Position numbers and translations under genes: made by a program. A DNA stretch of 4,632 nucleotides from the IMG/VR virus record IMGVR_UViG_2690316321_000001. One strand, given 5' to 3'. Under the pieces are notes generated by a model. That model was not told the DNA's origin. It ran no database searches and was given only the letters and a program-made list of their open reading frames with translations. The DNA comes from a virus. Its lineage: Duplodnaviria > Heunggongvirae > Uroviricota > Caudoviricetes. Below are positions 1 through 4,632 of this stretch, piece by piece (within the stretch, counting starts at the first letter, position 1; every line of letters begins with the position of its first letter).

Positions 1-371
1 GTCAGATCGGCTGAACTCCACAGGCCCGCATCATCGTCGCGCCGGTAGTCATAGCCACTGGCCACCATACTGGTGATCAAATCTGACAGTGCCGGGATAT
101 CTCTCATCACCGGATAAATCCGGGACTCCATCCACGCATCCAGCTCTGAATCCGGCACCTGAGCAGGCAGGAAAACTTCGATATGCAGCTCCGCCTGCCA
201 GGTATCGCTGTCCAGCTCTTCGCCCGTGTATTCAGCGCCGGTGAGATAAACGGCAACTGCCGGAAAATCCGCCTCATCAAAAACAGCGGGGCGACCATCA
301 AAAAGCGTCGCCCCGGTGTCATGCTTCTCCAGTGCATCCAGTACGGCTGCACGGAGTTCAGTATGTTTCAT
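1..371 (-). CDS. U: Tail terminator protein U (gpU), partial: the 3' end lies beyond the window start
   Basis: My own reverse-complement translation from the ATG at 371..369 gives MKHTELRAAVLDALEKHDTGATLFDGRPAVFDEADFPAVAVYLTGAEYTGEELDSDTWQAELHIEVFLPAQVPDSELDAWMESRIYPVMRDIPALSDLITSMVASGYDYRRDDDAGLWSSADL with no stop before position 1 (123 codons). This matches lambda gpU as I recall it (about 131 aa, so about 8 codons are missing). It is absent from the ORF track, apparently because no stop falls inside the window. The start overlaps the Z stop (ATGA). Confidence 0.9.
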   Translation of the reverse strand, partial: MKHTELRAAVLDALEKHDTGATLFDGRPAVFDEADFPAVAVYLTGAEYTGEELDSDTWQAELHIEVFLPAQVPDSELDAWMESRIYPVMRDIPALSDLITSMVASGYDYRRDDDAGLWSSADL

Positions 372-946
372 CGCTTTATTACCATTCTCAGTTGATGCTG
401 CAGCGCATAGCCCAGCTCTTTCGGAAGACGTTCACGCCGTATCCGTTCAATATTCTGTTTAAACGCCGTGGTCAGCGGCACCGCCATCGGGATTTTCACC
501 ACATCAATGGGGTAACGGTTTTTCCCGGCCACACGCTGCATGACATGCCAGCGGCCATTTTTCAGTTGCTGAATAAACGCGCCGGGAATACGACGGTTTC
601 CCACCACAAGCACGCTGCCGCCACCTTTCAGGGCTGAACGCTGCCCCTTTTTACGACGCCTGCGTCGGGACAGGACAATCCGCGCGTTACCCAGCTTTAT
701 TACGGGCAAATCCCCCCGGTTAACCCTGATTCTGGCCTGCGGATTTTTGACCGTGGCCCTTTTCAGCCTGGCCCTTTCCTTTACCAGTTTCCGGCGTACC
801 TTTGTCTCACGGGCAACCTGTGACGCCGACTGCGATATCGCGGATGAAGCAACGCGGTTAATGGCCATTGCTGACGCACCAGGCACCGCCGTTCTGCTGA
901 TACGGCTGAGGTTTTCAACGGCCTGCTCAAGACCTTTTATGGCCAT
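368..946 (-). CDS. Z: Tail completion protein Z (gpZ), 192 aa
   Basis: Track ORF 368..946 (-), MAIKGLEQAVENLSRIS...LRMVIKR, matches lambda gpZ in sequence and length. The minus strand upstream reads TGA-aagggggatgtat-ATG, giving an AAGGGGGA Shine-Dalgarno about 5 nt from the ATG. Position between FII and U is canonical. Confidence 0.93.
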   Translation of the reverse strand: MAIKGLEQAVENLSRISRTAVPGASAMAINRVASSAISQSASQVARETKVRRKLVKERARLKRATVKNPQARIRVNRGDLPVIKLGNARIVLSRRRRRKKGQRSALKGGGSVLVVGNRRIPGAFIQQLKNGRWHVMQRVAGKNRYPIDVVKIPMAVPLTTAFKQNIERIRRERLPKELGYALQHQLRMVIKR

Positions 947-957
947 ACATCCCCCTT

Positions 958-1311
958 TCAGCGGCGACGGTTAACGGCAGGCGGTCCCCCCCGCCCAAGC
1001 CAGAGATGACAGCTTCCGCCATCATCCGGCGTAACCCGATCTACCCAGAAGTTTTCCTCACCGATGGTCAGCGTGTCTCCACGCCGCAGCTGCCGCACAT
1101 CATCAGTCCGGACAAACAGGGACGGGCTGGAGCCTTCAACGCGCACGCCCTGTCCGGCATAGCTGATATTTTCAGGGTCATCAAAAACACCACGTATCAC
1201 AGCACCGGACTGCTCACCGGATGTCATGGTGGCTGACGTTCCCATGTACCCGCGTATCGTTTCATCGGCGCGGGCAATGGCAGCATCGAACAGGTTATCG
1301 AAATCAGCCAC
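958..1311 (-). CDS. FII: Head-tail joining (head completion) protein FII, 117 aa, GTG start
   Basis: Track ORF 958..1311 (-), MADFDNLFDAAIARADETIRGYMG...PPAVNRRR. The start codon is GTG (plus-strand cac at 1309..1311). The minus strand reads TAA-cgGGAGGcgct-GTG, so a GGAGG Shine-Dalgarno sits 4 nt upstream, directly after the FI stop. Length matches lambda gpFII. Confidence 0.92.
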   Translation of the reverse strand: MADFDNLFDAAIARADETIRGYMGTSATMTSGEQSGAVIRGVFDDPENISYAGQGVRVEGSSPSLFVRTDDVRQLRRGDTLTIGEENFWVDRVTPDDGGSCHLWLGRGGPPAVNRRR

Positions 1312-1322
1312 AGCGCCTCCCG

Positions 1323-1718
1323 TTATTGCATTCTGGCCAGGCCATGTTCTGTCATTTCGGCTGCCACACTGGCAGAGACACGGAACGCCGTTCCCGGCAG
1401 TACGAATGCCACTGGTTCATCCCGCGTGGCGTGAAGTGCAACAGTGTGCAGCGTCACCAGTGCCACGACCGTGACCAGAGCAGCCGTATCAGTCACGGTA
1501 TCCGGCTGCGCTGATACCACCTCATTTTCATGCCCGGTCAGCGCATTTTCCGGGCTGACAGACGTGTCCTGACCGGCAGCGTCATCCGTGTCATCAAGCT
1601 CCTCTTCCAGCTCTGCCACACGGAGCGCCAGTTCTTCTTTCGTCCCCGTCAGGCTGACATCACGGTTCAGTTGTTCACCCAGCGAGCGGAGACGGGCAAT
1701 CAGTTCATCTTTCGTCAT
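1323..1718 (-). CDS. FI: DNA packaging / head assembly accessory protein FI, 131 aa
   Basis: Track ORF 1323..1757 (-) is 144 aa, but the recognisable gpFI N-terminus MTKDELIARLRSLGEQLNRD begins at residue 14 (ATG at 1718..1716). That ATG is preceded by gtGGAGAAGtcc (Shine-Dalgarno), whereas the track's upstream ATG sits inside the E-FI hairpin. I trimmed the start accordingly. Confidence 0.88.
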   Translation of the reverse strand: MTKDELIARLRSLGEQLNRDVSLTGTKEELALRVAELEEELDDTDDAAGQDTSVSPENALTGHENEVVSAQPDTVTDTAALVTVVALVTLHTVALHATRDEPVAFVLPGTAFRVSASVAAEMTEHGLARMQ

Positions 1719-1739
1719 GGACTTCTCCACAGAGAGACA

Positions 1740-1757
1740 ATGGCCCCGAAGGGCCAT
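1740..1757 (-). other. Stable RNA stem-loop with a C(UUCG)G tetraloop between the E stop and the FI ribosome-binding site
   Basis: The minus strand reads UAA(E stop)-uc-AUGGCCC-UUCG-GGGCCAU-ugucucucuguGGAGaagucc-AUG(FI). That is a perfect 7-bp stem (plus 1740..1746 pairing with 1751..1757) closed by a UUCG tetraloop. Confidence 0.45.
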
Positions 1758-1759
1758 GA

Positions 1760-2785
1760 TTACGTCAGTTGTACGGACACGAACTCATCAGGGTCAGCCA
1801 GCAGCATCAGCGGTGCTGACTGAATCATGGTGAACTCACGCGCCGGATCGCCGGTGGTCACCCAGTTTTTCGGGTAACGGGCAGAGGCGTTAATGCCTTC
1901 GCGCTGTGCGTCCGCATCCTGAATGCAGCCATAGGTGCGCAGACCGCGTGCCTGAGTGTTGCCCAGCACCATCGTGTTGTCCGGCAGGAAGTTCTTTTTG
2001 ACACCATTTTCCACGTACTGTCCGGAATACACGACGATGGCCACATCGCCATACATTCCCTTATAAGACACCGCTTTGCCCAGGTCTTTTACCGCTGTCT
2101 CCAGTTCGGAATGAGAGCCGCGACGGGTATCCAGCTTCTCCCTGACGGCTTTGAAGGAACGGAACAGCGCCCAGCCTTTCGGGTCAAACACGATGATATT
2201 CACCACGCCGCTGGCGTTCAGCGCGTAGGCTTCGATATCGTCGGTCGGGTCATACGTGGACTTGTCACGCTTGCTCCACTCCGTGCCGCCGGACTGCGTG
2301 ATGTTGTTCGCCGCACTGCGGCCCATATCCACCTCAACCGGATCGAAGGCTTCACCGGTCATGGTGTATTTGCCCCTGAGCACGGCAGAAACTGCCTGCA
2401 TCTCTTCGACCTGAGCAATGGCCAGCTCTTCGTCACGCATGTTCTGCAGGATGATGCGACGGCGGCGGTAAGCCGGGTCCGCCAGATTCTGCGGATCTTC
2501 ATCCGGCAGGCGACGCAGGGTCATCTGCGGATTCACTTCATGCTTGGGTTTGACATATCCCGGCGTAAATTCAGAGGTGGAGCCGCCACGGGAACGGATA
2601 ACCTCACCGGAAACAATCGGCGAAACGTACAGCGCCATGTTTACCAGTCCCGGAATTTGTGAGAGATAGACTTTCTCCGTAGTGAAGGGATAGCTCTCAC
2701 GGAAAAAGAGACGCAGAAACAGCGGATCAAACTTAAATTTCTGCTCATTTGCCGCCAGCAGCTGGGCGGTTGTGTACATCGACAT
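1760..2785 (-). CDS. E: Major capsid protein E (gpE, HK97-fold), 341 aa
   Basis: Track ORF 1760..2812 (-) is 350 aa, but the lambda gpE N-terminus MSMYTTAQLLAANEQKFKFDPLF begins at residue 10 (ATG at 2785..2783). The track's upstream ATG lies inside the D-E terminator-like hairpin and U-tract, so I trimmed it. Length of 341 aa and C-terminus ...DPDEFVSVQLT fit gpE. Confidence 0.94.
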   Translation of the reverse strand: MSMYTTAQLLAANEQKFKFDPLFLRLFFRESYPFTTEKVYLSQIPGLVNMALYVSPIVSGEVIRSRGGSTSEFTPGYVKPKHEVNPQMTLRRLPDEDPQNLADPAYRRRRIILQNMRDEELAIAQVEEMQAVSAVLRGKYTMTGEAFDPVEVDMGRSAANNITQSGGTEWSKRDKSTYDPTDDIEAYALNASGVVNIIVFDPKGWALFRSFKAVREKLDTRRGSHSELETAVKDLGKAVSYKGMYGDVAIVVYSGQYVENGVKKNFLPDNTMVLGNTQARGLRTYGCIQDADAQREGINASARYPKNWVTTGDPAREFTMIQSAPLMLLADPDEFVSVQLT

Positions 2786-2798
2786 AAAAAAATCCCGT

Positions 2799-2819
2799 AA
2801 AAAAAGCCGCACAGGCGGC
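2799..2819 (-). terminator. Terminator-like GC hairpin plus U-tract in the D-E intergenic spacer (sense orientation)
   Basis: The minus strand reads TAA(D stop)...cacuaaaG-GCCGC-cugu-GCGGC-UUUUUUU-acgggaUUUUUUU-AUG(E). That is a 5-bp all-GC stem (plus 2806..2810 pairing with 2815..2819), a 4-nt loop, and 7 U immediately 3' (plus A-run 2799..2805). The stem can extend by A-U and G-U pairs into the flanking A and U runs. Confidence 0.4.
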
Positions 2820-2840
2820 CTTTAGTGATGAAGGGTAAGG

Positions 2841-3173
2841 TTAAACGATGCTGATTGCCGTTCCGGCAAACGCGGTCCGTTTTTTCGTCTCGTCGCTGGC
2901 AGCCTCCGGCCAGAGCACATCCTCATAACGGAACGTGCCTGACTTGTAGAACGTCAGCGTGGTGCTGGTCTGGTCAGCAGCAACCGCCAGGATGCCAACG
3001 GCAGCACCGTCGGTGGTGCCATCCCACGCAACCAGCTTACGGGTGGAGGTATCCGGCATCAGCGGGGTCATTGCAGGCGCTTTCGCACTCAATCCTCCGG
3101 GCGCGGTTGCCGTATGTGCCGGGTCACTGTTGCCCAGCGGCTGGTAATGGGTAAAGGTTTCTTTGCTCGTCAT
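2841..3173 (-). CDS. D: Capsid decoration protein D (gpD), 110 aa
   Basis: Track ORF 2841..3179 (-) begins [29 protein letters not shown]; lambda gpD begins [12 protein letters not shown] therefore call the second ATG (3173..3171), which lies 6 nt downstream of the AAGGG that follows the C stop. The first ATG is directly adjacent to that Shine-Dalgarno, which is too close. Confidence 0.9.
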   Translation of the reverse strand: MTSKETFTHYQPLGNSDPAHTATAPGGLSAKAPAMTPLMPDTSTRKLVAWDGTTDGAAVGILAVAADQTSTTLTFYKSGTFRYEDVLWPEAASDETKKRTAFAGTAISIV

Positions 3174-3182
3174 AAACATCCC

Positions 3183-3578
3183 TTACACTGGTGTGTTCAG
3201 CAAATCGTTAACGGCATCAGATGCCGGGTTACCTGCAGCCAGCGGTGCCGGTGCCCCCTGCATCAGACGATCCAGCGCAGTGTCACTGCGCGCCTGTGCA
3301 CTCTGTGGTGCAGCTGCCATAATGCGGCGGGCCGTTTCCACGGTCATACCGGGGGTTCCGGCCAGCACGCGGGCCTGTTCTTCGCGTCCGTGAGCCTCCT
3401 CACAGTTGAGGATCCCCATAATGCGGCTGTTTTCTGCCGCAACCGCAGCGGTGATCTGCGCGTTCACGTCCGGCTGCGCCGCGCTGGCGTTTTCGCCCTC
3501 CGTCGCTGGCACCACGTCAGTAACGTCAGCCTGCGAAGCAGTGGCTGAAACAGTTGTTGATTGAGTCTCTTTGGTCAT
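3183..3578 (-). CDS. Nu3: Capsid scaffolding protein Nu3, translated from an in-frame internal start within C (131 aa, C-terminal third of gpC)
   Basis: An internal ATG at 3578..3576, in frame with C, gives MTKETQSTTVSATASQADVTDVVPATEGENASAAQPD...NDLLNTPV. It is preceded by tctcAGGAGGgcga-ATG, a strong Shine-Dalgarno embedded in C coding sequence. An alternative in-frame ATG at 3788..3786 (MDATRRMFAQ..., 201 aa) has no recognisable Shine-Dalgarno. Confidence 0.7.
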   Translation of the reverse strand: MTKETQSTTVSATASQADVTDVVPATEGENASAAQPDVNAQITAAVAAENSRIMGILNCEEAHGREEQARVLAGTPGMTVETARRIMAAAPQSAQARSDTALDRLMQGAPAPLAAGNPASDAVNDLLNTPV

Positions 3579-4502
3579 TCGCCCTCCTGAGAGACGGGAT
3601 TTACGTGCATCCAGTGCATCACGCATGACGGTGATCGCATCGGTACTGTTAACAAGTTCATCAGCCAGTCCGGCATCAATGGCCTCCTGACCGCTGTACA
3701 CTGCAGCCTCGGTATCCAGCACAGCCTGCACGGACAGGCCGGTATATGCCGACACCTTCTGTGCAAACATCCGGCGGGTTGCATCCATCCGGGACTGCAG
3801 TGTTTCCCGGACATCATCCGGAAGATGGCTGTAGGGGTTGCCATCCACCTTATGGCTGCCGCTGTAAATCAGCGTGATTTCCACACCCTGTTTCTCCAGC
3901 GCAGCACCGTAATTACTGTGAGCCATCATGACGCCGATGGAGCCTGTCCGGGCGGTCTGCGTGACCAGACGCCGGGAGGCGGCACTGGCAAGCAGCTGAC
4001 CTGCGCTGCAGTTCATGTCATTGGCCAGCGCCCATACCGGCTTTATGTCACGCACACGGGCGATGATGTCAGCGCAGTCAAATGCCCCTGCCACCATTCC
4101 GCCGGGCGTGTCCATATCCAGCAGAATGCCGTCCACCATCGGGTCACTGGCAGCCTGTTGCAGACGGGCGATAATGCCGTTGTAACCGGTCATCCCCGAA
4201 TACGGCTGCAGCGCCCGCGTCCGGCTGACCAGCGTGCCGGAAACCGGCAGCACGGCGATGCCGTTCATGACCTGATAACTGCGGGCCTGTCGTGGTCCGT
4301 CATCATTAACGGATAACGCCAGCGTCGCGGGTGCCTCTCCGGCAGTCAGGCTGTCACCGGACACCGCATCTGTCAGGCGGCTGATCCCAAGCTGGCCTGC
4401 AAGCGCACAAAAGAAAACCCGCGCATAGGCGGGTTCAAGCATCAGCGGCTCATTAAAGGCCATGCTGGCAATATGCGGGAGATTACGCAGCTCTGCTGTC
4501 AC
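3183..4502 (-). CDS. C: Prohead (capsid assembly) protease C, S49 peptidase family, 439 aa, GTG start
   Basis: Track ORF 3183..4616 (-) is 477 aa. The gpC N-terminus (M)TAELRNLPHIASMAFNEPL begins at a GTG (plus-strand cac at 4500..4502), preceded on the minus strand by caacagaGGAGGAGaaga-GTG, a strong Shine-Dalgarno. The track's upstream ATG at 4616 lies inside the B coding region and has no Shine-Dalgarno. The resulting 439 aa equals lambda gpC. The predicted nucleophile Ser166 (NDMNCSAGQ) is encoded at 4005..4007. Confidence 0.9.
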   Translation of the reverse strand: MTAELRNLPHIASMAFNEPLMLEPAYARVFFCALAGQLGISRLTDAVSGDSLTAGEAPATLALSVNDDGPRQARSYQVMNGIAVLPVSGTLVSRTRALQPYSGMTGYNGIIARLQQAASDPMVDGILLDMDTPGGMVAGAFDCADIIARVRDIKPVWALANDMNCSAGQLLASAASRRLVTQTARTGSIGVMMAHSNYGAALEKQGVEITLIYSGSHKVDGNPYSHLPDDVRETLQSRMDATRRMFAQKVSAYTGLSVQAVLDTEAAVYSGQEAIDAGLADELVNSTDAITVMRDALDARKSRLSGGRMTKETQSTTVSATASQADVTDVVPATEGENASAAQPDVNAQITAAVAAENSRIMGILNCEEAHGREEQARVLAGTPGMTVETARRIMAAAPQSAQARSDTALDRLMQGAPAPLAAGNPASDAVNDLLNTPV

Positions 4503-4632
4503 TCTTCTCCTCCTCTGTTGATTGTCGCAGCCCGGATTCAAATGCCGCAGCCGCCCAGGCGGGCGGTTTAAGACCAGCCGCGCGGCGCTCCATCGTTTCA
4601 CGGACCTGCTGGGCAAAAATTTCCTGATAGTC
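4483..4632 (-). CDS. B: Portal protein B (gpB), C-terminal fragment: the 5' end lies beyond the window end
   Basis: My own reverse-complement translation from 4632 gives an open frame DYQEIFAQQVRETMERRAAGLKPPAWAAAAFESGLRQSTEEEKSDSRAA ending in TAA at 4485..4483. The stop lies 20 nt downstream of the C GTG start, reproducing the B/C overlap of lambda. It is absent from the ORF track because it is partial. Confidence 0.8.
   Translation of the reverse strand, partial: DYQEIFAQQVRETMERRAAGLKPPAWAAAAFESGLRQSTEEEKSDSRAA

Noticed and set aside
107-352. 81-aa minus-strand ORF in the track (MQPYWMHWRS...)
   Set aside because: It is an alternative frame inside gene U. The correct frame, starting at 371, gives the recognisable gpU sequence and runs off the window.
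560-580. Poly-arginine/lysine stretch in Z (SRRRRRKKGQRS)
   Set aside because: It is a genuine basic patch within gpZ, but I believe it is a native feature of the protein and not a slippery or frameshift site, since the nucleotide sequence is not a homopolymer run.
1719-1757. N-terminal extension of FI to the ATG at 1757 (MALRGHCLSVEKS...)
   Set aside because: That ATG is part of the 3' arm of the E-FI stem-loop and has no Shine-Dalgarno; the ATG at 1718 has a GGAG site and gives the MTKDELIARL N-terminus.
2111-2662. 183-aa plus-strand ORF antisense to gene E
   Set aside because: It lies entirely inside the well-supported E coding region on the opposite strand. GC-rich coding DNA often yields long antisense ORFs. 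The protein is Arg/Gly/His-rich and low-complexity, and there is no Shine-Dalgarno or recognisable fold signal.
2786-2812. N-terminal extension of E to the ATG at 2812 (MRLFLRDFF...)
   Set aside because: The extra codons are simply the hairpin and U-tract of the intergenic region read as protein (Leu/Phe-rich); the gpE N-terminus begins at 2785.
3114-3548. 144-aa plus-strand ORF spanning the C-D junction in antisense
   Set aside because: It is antisense to the C 3' end and the D 5' end, with Cys/Arg-rich composition typical of spurious frames in GC-rich DNA.
3825-4316. 163-aa plus-strand ORF antisense to gene C
   Set aside because: Same reasoning: it sits fully inside the protease gene on the opposite strand, and its translation has no recognisable features.
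4503-4616. N-terminal extension of C to the ATG at 4616 (track 477-aa ORF)
   Set aside because: The extension overlaps the B coding region in another frame and has no Shine-Dalgarno, whereas the GTG at 4502 has a strong GGAGGAG site and gives the lambda gpC length of 439 aa.
1-4632. A novel defence, toxin-antitoxin or other accessory system hidden in the window
   Set aside because: Every base is accounted for by known head and tail morphogenesis genes or short intergenic spacers. There are no unexplained ORFs with Shine-Dalgarno sequences, no repeat arrays, no tRNA or integrase signatures, and no compositional discontinuity.
1-4632. CRISPR arrays, IS elements or other direct/inverted repeat structures
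   Set aside because: No periodic repeats or terminal inverted repeats were seen on reading the sequence. The only notable palindromes are the two short intergenic hairpins reported above.

Overview
This window is a contiguous block of the phage lambda-type head morphogenesis and head-tail joining module, entirely on the minus strand: portal B (3' fragment), prohead protease C with the nested scaffold gene Nu3, decoration protein D, major capsid protein E, FI, FII, Z, and U (running off the window start). The translated proteins match the lambda gpC/Nu3/gpD/gpE/gpFI/gpFII/gpZ/gpU sequences as I recall them; I cannot compute percent identity here, so it is either lambda itself or a very close lambdoid prophage. 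Gene order, lengths and junction architecture are canonical. Several ORFs in the supplied track are over-extended at the 5' end; I re-set starts using ribosome-binding sites and known protein lengths. I see no inserted cargo gene and no evidence of a previously undescribed system. The points worth a second look are two RNA hairpins flanking gene E, the nested Nu3 start, and the overlapping gene junctions.
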